Source: Obrimoposthia wandeli
Lineage: Eukaryota
NCBI GenBank assembly: GCA_977020255.1
Contig: CDROCS010000121.1
Location: 1 to 64,000 of the forward strand
Direction of reading: 5' to 3'
DNA length: 64,000 bases
Within the stretch, counting starts at the first letter, position 1. Each line of letters opens with the position of its first letter. Under the pieces are notes generated by a model. It saw nothing but the letters and a program-made list of their open reading frames with translations. It was not told the origin of the DNA and ran no database searches. The position numbers and the translations under genes are program-made. Positions 11,145-20,056 of this stretch are shown here, one piece after another.

Positions 11145-12404
11145 CTAAAATATTAAATCTTTATATTTATTGATAAAAAACAGAGCAATCAACTTCAAAC
11201 ATACAGGAAAGAGCCCATATAAAAGAGATAGTACAAGTAAAGAATCCAAGGTCGGGTTACTTACATCAAAATCAAAAAGTCCAAGTATTACGAAACTAAA
11301 AGCTACAGCAAAAGCTAATGATAATTTTGTAATCATTGTCCATATACCAAATAATAAACCAGAAATATTACTTTTATAATCTTTAGATTTTTGAACTAAA
11401 TCACTTTGTATTGCTGTAGGAAGTGCCATATCAGCTCCTAAAGATAATCCAGAAACTAAACTGATTATTATAAATGCGTTCAAATTTCCCGCTTCTAAAA
11501 AAGGTACAAATGAAAAAGCAAATGAAGCTAAAATTATTGAAGTGATCCAAGTCTTTTTTTTACCAATTTTTCCTGACAAAAAGTCCCAAAATGGAAGAGC
11601 TACAATACCAGAGAAAAAATATAATATTAAAATCATTCCTCCCGAACTCTTTTCTTGTATTACTAATTCGATAAAAAGTAAAAAAAGAGTCGCGGGAAGT
11701 GCATTTGCAAGATTATTAAAAAAGTATCCTATTTGTAAATACTTTAAGTCACTCAAATTTGTATAAATATCTTTTATATCTTTTAGAGTATATTTTTCTA
11801 CTGCTACAATATTTTTGATTTTGATTGTTTTTAAAGTGATAAAAAACAGAGGAATAAATAGAATTAAAAATGTGATGTATAATACTTGTAAAGTTTGTTC
11901 AAAGTTTTCTGAAACTTTATAAATATAAGGGATAATTAAAGCTATTAAAATACCAATAATTGTAAACAGTTCTCTTGAACTATTTAAAAGTGTTTTATCT
12001 TCATATTTTTGACTTATTTCACTACTCCATGTTAAATAAGGAATATTGATCATACTCCATCCAATATAAACTAAAATAGAAAAAGTTAAAAGCCAAAGTT
12101 TTGGAAACTCTAAATTTGGATTTATAAGTGCATAAAAACTGCAAATTAAAATAATAGAACCTAAAATCATAATGGGTTTTCTACTATTGAAATACTCAAT
12201 ACTCTTATCACTTAAATATCCAAAATATGGATCTGTAAAGACATCAGTTAATCTTGCTAAAAAGATGATCAAACCTACCGTAGCTATTTCGACACCTACT
12301 GTTGTTGCATAAAAAGTTGGTAAATATATATAAAGTGGTAAGCCTACAATTGCTAAAGGAATTGCTAGGAGACTGTAGTAAAATACTAATTGTTTTGATA
12401 GCAT
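11145..12404 (-). CDS. MFS/GPH-family transporter
   Basis: About 12 TM helices, ARLTDVFTDPYFGYLSD, SGLLFGIWTMITKLSLA. Confidence 0.85.
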   Translation of the reverse strand: MLSKQLVFYYSLLAIPLAIVGLPLYIYLPTFYATTVGVEIATVGLIIFLARLTDVFTDPYFGYLSDKSIEYFNSRKPIMILGSIILICSFYALINPNLEFPKLWLLTFSILVYIGWSMINIPYLTWSSEISQKYEDKTLLNSSRELFTIIGILIALIIPYIYKVSENFEQTLQVLYITFLILFIPLFFITLKTIKIKNIVAVEKYTLKDIKDIYTNLSDLKYLQIGYFFNNLANALPATLFLLFIELVIQEKSSGGMILILYFFSGIVALPFWDFLSGKIGKKKTWITSIILASFAFSFVPFLEAGNLNAFIIISLVSGLSLGADMALPTAIQSDLVQKSKDYKSNISGLLFGIWTMITKLSLAFAVAFSFVILGLFDFDVSNPTLDSLLVLSLLYGLFPVCLKLIALFFINKYKDLIF

Positions 12405-12406
12405 GA

Positions 12407-12844
12407 TTAAGAGTTTATCTTACTTTTTATAAATTTCATAAAAAAAGAAAGAATAGGAATTTTCTCGTATAAATTACTAGATGAATCCCAATAATCAATA
12501 TGAGATACTACTCTATTTTCTTTATTAAATTCAACTCTACTAACGCCTTCAAAAGATTCATTTTTATTACTACCTTTAAATGAAAAATGAAAATTCCATT
12601 TTAAATAGGCAATATTATGTTGTTCCACTATTTCTGTAACTATAAAACTTGGCTTATCAAGTTTTATATACATATCTTCAAATATTTTATATAACTTATT
12701 AATTCCAATAATATCATGAAAAGGATCTTTAAATCGTACCTCATTATCAAATATTTTTTCATACTCTTTTATGCTCGTGTTTTTATCAATATTTTCAAAA
12801 AATTGTGCATATATCTTTGCATTAGTATTATTTATGGTACTCAT
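12407..12844 (-). CDS. SnoaL/NTF2-like protein
   Basis: VRFKDPFHDIIG, GVSRVEF, SHIDYWD, LYEKIP. Confidence 0.85.
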   Translation of the reverse strand: MSTINNTNAKIYAQFFENIDKNTSIKEYEKIFDNEVRFKDPFHDIIGINKLYKIFEDMYIKLDKPSFIVTEIVEQHNIAYLKWNFHFSFKGSNKNESFEGVSRVEFNKENRVVSHIDYWDSSSNLYEKIPILSFFMKFIKSKINS

Positions 12845-13602
12845 GGTAGCATCTTTTTTGTAAGAGATAAAGAAATTTTATATGGCATCATTTTTAGTAG
12901 ACTTAAAAATATTCGTAATCCAAAAGGAAATCTAATTTCAAAAGCTGATGATTTTTCCATACCTTTAAGTATTTTTTCTGCGGTATATTTAGCTTCCATG
13001 AGTTGAGGCATTTTAAATGTATTTTTTGCTGTTAATTTTGTTTTTACAAATCCATGATTTATGATTTGTAATTTTATATTTGAAACTTCTAATTCCGGAT
13101 GAATAGACTCTGCAAGATTAACAAGTGCAGCTTTAGGAGCAGAGTATCCTCCTCCTTGGGGTAGTCCAAAGTAGGATGAAAGACTAGCGTTCCAAACCCA
13201 ATGCCCTTTTTTTGAATCTTTAAAATAAGGAAAAATTTCAGTCATTAATCGTATTACACCAAGATAATTTACATCATTCATCTGTTCAAATTTCACGCTA
13301 TCCCATGAATTGATACTCATTACTTCATATGCTCCTGCATTATAAAACCAAATATCTAAGCCATTGTATATATTCCATGCAATTTTAACTTTTTTAGCTA
13401 TATCACTTACTAAAGATACATCAAGATCGATTAGGCTTAATTCTTTTGGGTAATGTTCTTTAAGACTTTGTAAGTCTATGCTATTTGATGTATTTCTTGA
13501 GCTTGTGATAACAAGATAATTATTATGTAAACATAATTTTACTAACTCTAATCCAATTCCAGAACTTCCACCAACAATCCAAATTCTTTTTTTAGGTTCC
13601 AT
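12841..13602 (-). CDS. SDR-family oxidoreductase; start reassigned to the ATG at 13602
   Basis: IWIVGGSSGIG, NAG, YSAPKAA; RBS-like AAAGG precedes the MEPKK start. Confidence 0.88.
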   Translation of the reverse strand: MEPKKRIWIVGGSSGIGLELVKLCLHNNYLVITSSRNTSNSIDLQSLKEHYPKELSLIDLDVSLVSDIAKKVKIAWNIYNGLDIWFYNAGAYEVMSINSWDSVKFEQMNDVNYLGVIRLMTEIFPYFKDSKKGHWVWNASLSSYFGLPQGGGYSAPKAALVNLAESIHPELEVSNIKLQIINHGFVKTKLTAKNTFKMPQLMEAKYTAEKILKGMEKSSAFEIRFPFGLRIFLSLLKMMPYKISLSLTKKMLP

Positions 13603-13623
13603 ATTGAAGCCTTTTTTGTTTAT

Positions 13624-13664
13624 ATTATAGAGTTTTTGCATATCTTTCGTAGAGTTAATATGTC
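13624..13664 (-). promoter_or_regulatory. Shared regulon box plus -10 upstream of SDR-SnoaL-MFS
   Basis: Minus strand GACA-TATT-A-ACT-CTAC-GAA (13664-13646); TATAAT at 13629-13624, 19 nt after CTAC. Confidence 0.65.
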
Positions 13665-13698
13665 ACTTGATATATTTATTCTATCTTTATTGCCAACA

Positions 13699-13740
13699 AA
13701 CAAAATACCCCTACAAAATAATTTTAATTAACTATAGAAT
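13699..13740 (+). promoter_or_regulatory. Shared regulon box plus -10 upstream of the renalase-like gene
   Basis: AACA-AAAT-A-CCC-CTAC-AAA (13699-13717); TAGAAT at 13735-13740, 20 nt after CTAC. Confidence 0.65.
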
Positions 13741-13762
13741 AACAAAATAAAAGGATAAATCT

Positions 13763-14677
13763 ATGGAAATAGCAATAATTGGTGCAGGCTTAAGTGGATG
13801 CAATATATATAGCCTCTTAAAAGGCGATGGCCATAATGTTACATTATTTGAAAAGTCTCGAGGTGCAGGTGGAAGATGTAGTACACGATATATAAATGAC
13901 AAACTTATAGATCATGGAACACCATATTTTAATTCTGCAAATGATGAGTTTACAGAGTTTTGTGAATCAAAAATAGAAGAAAATATATTGGTAAAGAAAG
14001 ACAAATATTATTATCCAAAAAATGGAATAAACAAACTTTGCTCATCAATGATTTCTGAAGATGATTTTATTAAAAATACAAAAATCGTATCTTGTGATTT
14101 CTCAAATAAAAAATGGACATTAACAGATGAAAATAATATTAACTATAAAGATTTTGACAAACTTATTTTAACTATTCCAGCACCTCAGATATTACAAATG
14201 GATATAAACTTAAGTGAAAGCATAATAGATAAGTTAGAAAGTGTTAAGTATAACTCTATAGCCACACTATTGATATATTCATACACTTTAGTAAATATTA
14301 TGAACCCAATATTAATAGATAATGACAGTTTTAAAAAGATTGTAGACAACTCATCAAAATATAATTATGATAACTTTAGCAGCTATGTTATTCATCTAAG
14401 TGAAGAGCTCACAAATGAACAAAATTTTATAAACAAAGATGAAGTAATTAAATTTATGAAAGAAAGAATATATAATGTAGCAGGTATTAATTTAGAAGAT
14501 GACTTCCATATACTGCCTCATTTTTGGAAGTATGCTTTTGTTTCAAATAGTATTGATGATGATTTTATATATGATAAAAATAATTGCATTGGAATTTGTG
14601 GAGATTATTTTAATGGTAAAGACCTAGAAGGCAGTTATATTAGTTCAAAGAGATTGTATGAGCATGAGTTTAAATAA
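13763..14677 (+). CDS. Renalase-like NAD(P)/FAD-dependent oxidoreductase
   Basis: IAIIGAGLSG, FEKSRGAGGRCSTR, DHGTPYF, HFWKYA, GICGDYF. Confidence 0.85.
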   Translation: MEIAIIGAGLSGCNIYSLLKGDGHNVTLFEKSRGAGGRCSTRYINDKLIDHGTPYFNSANDEFTEFCESKIEENILVKKDKYYYPKNGINKLCSSMISEDDFIKNTKIVSCDFSNKKWTLTDENNINYKDFDKLILTIPAPQILQMDINLSESIIDKLESVKYNSIATLLIYSYTLVNIMNPILIDNDSFKKIVDNSSKYNYDNFSSYVIHLSEELTNEQNFINKDEVIKFMKERIYNVAGINLEDDFHILPHFWKYAFVSNSIDDDFIYDKNNCIGICGDYFNGKDLEGSYISSKRLYEHEFK

Positions 14678-15560
14678 GCTTGAAAATACTTTTGTAATAG
14701 GAGATGTCCATGGCTGTTACTATACCCTGCTAAAGCTAATAAGACAATTACCAGAAGATGCAGAAATTATCTTTGTTGGGGATCTTTGTGATAAGGGTGA
14801 ATTTTCTAAAGATGTTATAGAATTTGTTATAGAAAATAACTACCTTTGTGTTAAAGGAAATCATGAAAATTTATTTGAAAAACACATAAAAGATGTAATA
14901 GACAATAACAAAGATACACTTTGGAATAGTGATGAAAAATATGGTGGCTTACAATGTATTCGAAGTTATAAAGGAAACTTTTCGCTTATAAATAAACATC
15001 TAGAGTGGATAAAAAAGCTACCGATGTATTTAGAAATAGACAAGTACTTTATAACACATGGATTTGCTCTAGAGTATTATGAATATAGAAATAATAAAGA
15101 TTATTATAATGATATATTACTCTCAAGACTGTATCCAGATACTATAGAGTTAGAATCTAAAGAAAATATTATAAATGTATTTGGACATTGTATATTCCCT
15201 GAAGTCCAAATAGGCAAAAAATATATTTGTCTTGATACAGGCTGTGCATATGGTGGTAAACTCTCTGCATTACAACTTGGAACAAATAAAATATTTGTAG
15301 AACCTATGGATGAAAATGATTCAAATTATCACATTAAAGAATTAAAACTTAAAGACATTAATCTGGATTTAGATGGCTTAGAAGAGATTCGAAATATTAC
15401 ACTAAAAGATGACTGTAAATATTGTGCGTTTGATATTATATCCAATGAAGTACTAGCGTATATTGTTAAAAAATACCCAAATATAGCAAAAACTGAAATG
15501 CAATATATGAAAGAAAAAGCCATTATTTTCCCAAAACAAATAAATAAATTTTTTAACTAA
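14658..15560 (+). CDS. Metallophosphoesterase (ApaH/PrpA-like)
   Basis: GDVHG, VGDLCDKG, KGNHE, THG, GH, LDTGCAYGGKLSA motifs. Confidence 0.88.
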   Translation: MSMSLNKLENTFVIGDVHGCYYTLLKLIRQLPEDAEIIFVGDLCDKGEFSKDVIEFVIENNYLCVKGNHENLFEKHIKDVIDNNKDTLWNSDEKYGGLQCIRSYKGNFSLINKHLEWIKKLPMYLEIDKYFITHGFALEYYEYRNNKDYYNDILLSRLYPDTIELESKENIINVFGHCIFPEVQIGKKYICLDTGCAYGGKLSALQLGTNKIFVEPMDENDSNYHIKELKLKDINLDLDGLEEIRNITLKDDCKYCAFDIISNEVLAYIVKKYPNIAKTEMQYMKEKAIIFPKQINKFFN

Positions 15561-15600
15561 CATTTTATTACTATTAAAAAATATAACACTTTGATAAAAT
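15559..15600 (+). promoter_or_regulatory. Shared regulon box plus extended -10 upstream of the EAL gene
   Basis: AACA-TTTT-A-TTA-CTAT-TAA (15559-15577); TGA-TAAAAT with hexamer at 15595-15600, 20 nt after CTAT. Confidence 0.65.
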
Positions 15601-15622
15601 TTAAAAATAAAAAGGATTCATA

Positions 15623-16681
15623 ATGTCATGTACAAAATGTAGTGAGAAGTTTTACCTAAAAAAACAACCAGGAATAATTTTCTTTATAAGTGAATTTGAA
15701 GAACTAACTAATAAGACGACTCAATTTCTTGAAAAATTATCATTGAAAGTTGAAAACTTAAATGGGCTTTTAAGTATAACTGTAGATAATACAGAAAATT
15801 TCTTTTGTGAAAATTTAGATGCATTTAAATCAACATACAATGAACTAGAATTAAATGATATAAAAGTATTTATAACTGATGAAAAATCAACTTTTACTTT
15901 TAATTCGATACTAAGTGCAAAACCACTTCAAAGATATATAAATCTTTTTGACGATAAAGAATTCTTCGATATAGTGAATAATGAATCACTAACCTCACAT
16001 TTTCAACCAATTATAGATATGAGAGATAATACAATCTATGGTTATGAAACATTAGTTCGTGGTGTTAAAGAGGATGGAAGTTTAATGTATCCAGATGAGC
16101 TTTTTTCTAAGTCAAAGAGAAATGATCTAAACTTCAAACTTGATAGACTATGTCGTGAGAGTTCACTAAAAACAGCAGCTACAAAAAAAGTGCATCAAAA
16201 AGTTTTTATTAACTTTATTCCAACTTCTATTTATGATCCAGAGTTTTGTTTAGCTTCGACTGAAAAATGGGCAAAACAGTTAGAGTTTGACCCATCTCAA
16301 ATAGTATTTGAAGTTGTTGAAACAGAGCTGGTAAAAGATCAAAAACATCTGAAGAATATATTGGAATTTTATAGAAGCAAGGGATATAAAATTGCACTTG
16401 ATGATGTAGGTGAAGGATATTCAAGTCTTAATATGTTAATAGAACTTAAGCCAGATATTATAAAAATTGATAGAAATATTATAGATGGGATAGATAAAAA
16501 TGAGCTAAAACAATCAGTTTATAAAGCATTGTTCAACTTAGCACGAGAGCATGATATAGAGGTTTTAGCTGAAGGAGTTGAAACAGCTTACGAGCTTGAA
16601 ACTATCAAGTCAATAGGGGTTGATTATGTGCAGGGGTATTATTTCGCAAAACCTGCATCTGAACCAATACGAAAGATATAA
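15623..16681 (+). CDS. EAL-domain c-di-GMP phosphodiesterase with an N-terminal CxxC extension
   Basis: FQPI, YETLVRG, FINF, FEVVE, ALDDVGEGYSSL, KID, AEGVE, QGYYF; starts MSCTKC. Confidence 0.9.
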   Translation: MSCTKCSEKFYLKKQPGIIFFISEFEELTNKTTQFLEKLSLKVENLNGLLSITVDNTENFFCENLDAFKSTYNELELNDIKVFITDEKSTFTFNSILSAKPLQRYINLFDDKEFFDIVNNESLTSHFQPIIDMRDNTIYGYETLVRGVKEDGSLMYPDELFSKSKRNDLNFKLDRLCRESSLKTAATKKVHQKVFINFIPTSIYDPEFCLASTEKWAKQLEFDPSQIVFEVVETELVKDQKHLKNILEFYRSKGYKIALDDVGEGYSSLNMLIELKPDIIKIDRNIIDGIDKNELKQSVYKALFNLAREHDIEVLAEGVETAYELETIKSIGVDYVQGYYFAKPASEPIRKI

Positions 16682-16692
16682 AATGTTTAACT

Positions 16693-16734
16693 AACATTTT
16701 AGCACTACAAACAATATAAACTTTGTATTATAAT
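16693..16734 (+). promoter_or_regulatory. Shared regulon box plus -10 upstream of the hypothetical-TIGR03643-pdxH operon
   Basis: AACA-TTTT-A-GCA-CTAC-AAA (16693-16711); TATAAT at 16729-16734, 20 nt after CTAC. Confidence 0.72.
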
Positions 16735-16756
16735 ATAAAGAAAATAAGGAAATAAA

Positions 16757-17113
16757 ATGCCACATATAGTTTTAGAAAAAGCAGAGAGTATAAAAGCGTG
16801 TTCAATTGTTATTGAACCAATGATGCAAAGAGGTGAAAAAGGTATATTAAAGATTACAGATGTTTATATGAATCATAATGAAAATTCAGTACTAATCGAA
16901 AGTATTGCTATAGAAGATGGAAAAAATCAAACTTTTTTTATACAACTTTCTGGTAAAGGTGAATCTGTTACAGTTAGACTTCTTCCTATGACGGATCCTG
17001 AAAAAACAAACGGTGTAAAAAAAATTATGGCACTAGTTGCACATAAGATAAAACAATCAAATCCAAATATAACTTATGGAAAAACAAATTTACAAGATTT
17101 TATCATAGAATAA
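16757..17113 (+). CDS. Hypothetical protein (118 aa)
   Basis: Clean ORF with TAAGGA RBS; no family recognised. Confidence 0.8.
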   Translation: MPHIVLEKAESIKACSIVIEPMMQRGEKGILKITDVYMNHNENSVLIESIAIEDGKNQTFFIQLSGKGESVTVRLLPMTDPEKTNGVKKIMALVAHKIKQSNPNITYGKTNLQDFIIE

Positions 17114-17123
17114 AAAACGATCA

Positions 17124-17408
17124 ATGAACTACATAAGAAAAGAAAAACTAAAACCTATAAAAAAAAGAGATTTATCTTTTGAAGAATTTGATGATAATCG
17201 GCTTATTGAGATGGCTTGGCAAGACAGAATGCCATTTGATATTATATATAAACAATATGGTCTTACTGAAAACCAAGTAAAAAACAAAATGAGAAAACTT
17301 ATAAGCAAAAAAGCTTATAATAGATGGAGAAAAAGGGTTCACGGAAGAGTTACAAAACATATTAAAAAATGTGACCATAAACCAGATAGGTTTCAAGGTC
17401 CTTGGTAA
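17124..17408 (+). CDS. TIGR03643 (DUF2805)-family protein
   Basis: RLIEMAWQDRMPFDII..QYGLTENQV..MR......YNRWRKRV signature. Confidence 0.85.
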   Translation: MNYIRKEKLKPIKKRDLSFEEFDDNRLIEMAWQDRMPFDIIYKQYGLTENQVKNKMRKLISKKAYNRWRKRVHGRVTKHIKKCDHKPDRFQGPW

Positions 17409-17419
17409 AAAGGAAAAAG

Positions 17420-18061
17420 ATGGTAGATTTAGCAAAAATGAGACAAGAATATACAACAAAAGGACTACATCGAGAAGACTTAGATAACAATCCTTTTGGA
17501 CAATTTGAATTGTGGTTCAATCAAGCAGTTGAAGCAAAACTCATTGAACCAAATGCATTTACACTATCTACTGTAGGAACTGATTTAAAACCAAGTCAAA
17601 GAACAGTATTACTGAAAAGATATGATGAAAGTGGTTTTGTATTTTTTTCAAACTATGGCAGTAAAAAATCAAAACAGATAGAACAAAATAAGTTTGTATC
17701 TGCTCATTTTGCCTGGCTTGGACTTGAAAGACAGCTCCGTATTGAGGGTACAATTGAAGAGATAAGTAAAACTGAATCTTTAAAATATTTTTTAAGTCGT
17801 CCAAGAGGAAGTCAAATAGGAGCTTGGGTATCTCACCAAAGTGAAGTTGTAACTTCAAGAAGTATATTGGAACAAAAATTTGATCAAATGAGAATGAAAT
17901 TTGCAAATGGAGAAATACCTTTTCCCGATAAATGGGGTGGATATATTATAAGACCTAGACTTTTTGAGTTTTGGCAAGGTGGTAAAGATAGATTGCATGA
18001 TAGATTTGAGTACATTTTAGAAAATGATAAAACTTGGAATATTCACAGATTAGAACCATAA
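17420..18061 (+). CDS. pdxH: Pyridoxamine 5'-phosphate oxidase
   Basis: MRQEY, EPNAFTLST, RTVLLK, FFSNYGSKKS, SRPRGSQIGAW, EFWQGGKDRLHDR; start set at the ATG after AAAGGA. Confidence 0.93.
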   Translation: MVDLAKMRQEYTTKGLHREDLDNNPFGQFELWFNQAVEAKLIEPNAFTLSTVGTDLKPSQRTVLLKRYDESGFVFFSNYGSKKSKQIEQNKFVSAHFAWLGLERQLRIEGTIEEISKTESLKYFLSRPRGSQIGAWVSHQSEVVTSRSILEQKFDQMRMKFANGEIPFPDKWGGYIIRPRLFEFWQGGKDRLHDRFEYILENDKTWNIHRLEP

Positions 18062-18073
18062 GTACGATTAACC

Positions 18074-18115
18074 GACATTTCACAACTACTAAATAAAATT
18101 CTTATATAGTAAACT
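18074..18115 (+). promoter_or_regulatory. Shared regulon box plus -10 upstream of phasin-ubiB
   Basis: GACA-TTTC-A-CAA-CTAC-TAA (18074-18092); TAAACT at 18110-18115, 20 nt after CTAC. Confidence 0.65.
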
Positions 18116-18147
18116 ACTAGTATTAAGAAAAAAATAAAGGAATAATT

Positions 18148-18414
18148 ATGTTACAAGAATTACTTCACACAGGTATGGGAGCAGGACTTTTGCTAAAAGA
18201 GAAAGTAGAAGATGAGTTGAAAAAGCTTCAAGATGATGGTAAAATAAAAACAGATGATGCAAAGTCATTTTTAGAGTCACTTAAAACAAAAGGTGAACAA
18301 GAAGATGATAAAGTAAAACAAAAATTAAAGTCTACACTCAAAGAGATAATAGATGAACTGGGAATTGCAACAAAAGAGGATTTAGAAAAGTTAAAACAAG
18401 AACTTAAAGGTTAA
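18148..18414 (+). CDS. Phasin-family protein
   Basis: LLHTGMGAGLLLKEKVEDELKKL...GKI, ELGIATKEDL pattern; typical partner upstream of ABC1 kinases. Confidence 0.75.
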   Translation: MLQELLHTGMGAGLLLKEKVEDELKKLQDDGKIKTDDAKSFLESLKTKGEQEDDKVKQKLKSTLKEIIDELGIATKEDLEKLKQELKG

Positions 18415-18498
18415 ATTATAAAAACTTTCTTTAAAAATTTAAAATTTTATAATCCTACTAGAATTTATGGGGTATTTAGTTTTTTACTTACACTTTTT

Positions 18499-19971
18499 AT
18501 GGTTATCAAGAAAAAGGATAAATTTCTTTTTTTTAAACCATTATCTCCTAAAAAACTAAAAAATACCATCACTTCACTTGGAGCTAGTTTTGTTAAATTA
18601 GCTCAGGTATTAGCAACAAGAGCAGATTTTTTTTCTAGTGAATACCTTGAAGAGTTAAAAGAACTACACGATCAACTACCATCTATGAAAAAAGATGATT
18701 TTGATTTGGTATTTAGTGAGTCATTTGAAAATTCACCATTTAAAAGCTTTGATAATACTCCTATAGCTTCAGCTTCGATTGGACAAGTACATGTAGCATA
18801 TTTACATGATGATACAAAAGTTGCAGTGAAACTTAGACGAATGGGAATAAAAGAACAAGTAACAGCAGATATAAAAATCATCTCTTTTTTTAATAAACTT
18901 TTTAAACCACTCTTTTCATTTTATACCAAAAATTCAATTGATGCAGTTATAAGTGAATTTTCTAAAATGATAATGCAAGAAGTAAACTTATCGACAGAAT
19001 TATCAAATTTGGAGAAATTTAGAAATGTATATGAACATAGTGATATAAGGTTTCCTCTTCCATATAAAGAGTATTCAACTCAAAGTGCGTTAGTGATGAG
19101 TTTTGAAGAGGGATTTCGTTTTGATGATAAGGAAAGTATTTTAAAAAATGATATTGACTTTAGGGGAATAATATCCAAGCTTGTAGATTTTTATACAACA
19201 CAAATGCTTATAAATGGGTATTTTCATGCAGACCCACATCCTGGAAATATTTTAGTGACAAAAGAGGGTGAATTGGTTTTTTTAGACTTTGGAATGGTCA
19301 AAACTGTACCAAATGAAACAAGAATTGCGATTATTGAACTCATAAAAGCCGCAAATGAACAAGACTATGAAGCGTACATAAGTGCAAATAAACGATTAGG
19401 AACTATTAGCTATGAAGCTCCAGAAGGTGAACTAGCTGAGTTTACAGCAAAGATGTTCGAGATATTTGGTAATGAAAACTTGGATAGTGAATCTATGCAA
19501 AAATTAGCATTTGAAGTACTTGAAACTACACGTGATTTTCCTTTTAAACTTCCTAGTGATGCTATATATATTTTAAGAGTTAGTGCTATAATTGAGGGAC
19601 TAGGAACGACCTATATAGAAAATTTTAACGGCATAAAAGATATTTTACCAATACTACAAAAAAATATCCCTAAAGCATTAGGTGCAAAAGAGTCCATAAA
19701 AGAAACAATCATAGATGAAATCAAAGATATTCCTTTTATAGTAAGAGATTTTAAAACGATGGTTAAAAAAGCTAGTGAAGGAAGACTTGAAGTTGAGCTA
19801 TCAAGTGGACAACTTGAATACATTTCAAAAGAACTAAAAAGATATATTAAACCTTTTGTAACTGGATTTGCATTTATTTTAGGTTCTTTTTTTATTTTAT
19901 TTTTGAATCGAGATTATGACACCCTAGCAATTATAATCTTTTTAATTGGTTTTATCCAGATTGTATATTAA
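18499..19971 (+). CDS. ABC1/AarF/UbiB-family atypical kinase; the frame is open back to 18415, so the true start may be further upstream
   Basis: LGASFVKLAQVLATR, PIASASIGQVH, VAVK, FHADPHPGN, LDFGM. Confidence 0.9.
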   Translation: MVIKKKDKFLFFKPLSPKKLKNTITSLGASFVKLAQVLATRADFFSSEYLEELKELHDQLPSMKKDDFDLVFSESFENSPFKSFDNTPIASASIGQVHVAYLHDDTKVAVKLRRMGIKEQVTADIKIISFFNKLFKPLFSFYTKNSIDAVISEFSKMIMQEVNLSTELSNLEKFRNVYEHSDIRFPLPYKEYSTQSALVMSFEEGFRFDDKESILKNDIDFRGIISKLVDFYTTQMLINGYFHADPHPGNILVTKEGELVFLDFGMVKTVPNETRIAIIELIKAANEQDYEAYISANKRLGTISYEAPEGELAEFTAKMFEIFGNENLDSESMQKLAFEVLETTRDFPFKLPSDAIYILRVSAIIEGLGTTYIENFNGIKDILPILQKNIPKALGAKESIKETIIDEIKDIPFIVRDFKTMVKKASEGRLEVELSSGQLEYISKELKRYIKPFVTGFAFILGSFFILFLNRDYDTLAIIIFLIGFIQIVY

Positions 19972-19991
19972 AATTACAAATCTTATGAAAT

Positions 19992-20033
19992 GTCATAAAA
20001 CAACTATGAATTAATACTTTCTTTATATATAAT
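19992..20033 (+). promoter_or_regulatory. Shared regulon box (weaker match) plus -10 upstream of the lipocalin operon
   Basis: GTCA-TAAA-A-CAA-CTAT-GAA (19992-20010); TATAAT at 20028-20033, 20 nt after CTAT. Confidence 0.55.
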
Positions 20034-20056
20034 ACAAATACTATAAAGGAGTAAAT

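Noticed and set aside
838-20033. Reading the shared box as an ECF-sigma promoter or a CarH/LitR operator
   Set aside because: The two halves are only 8 nt apart and a sigma70-type -10 follows; the repeat period is not the 11 bp of CarH sites. Regulator identity is left open
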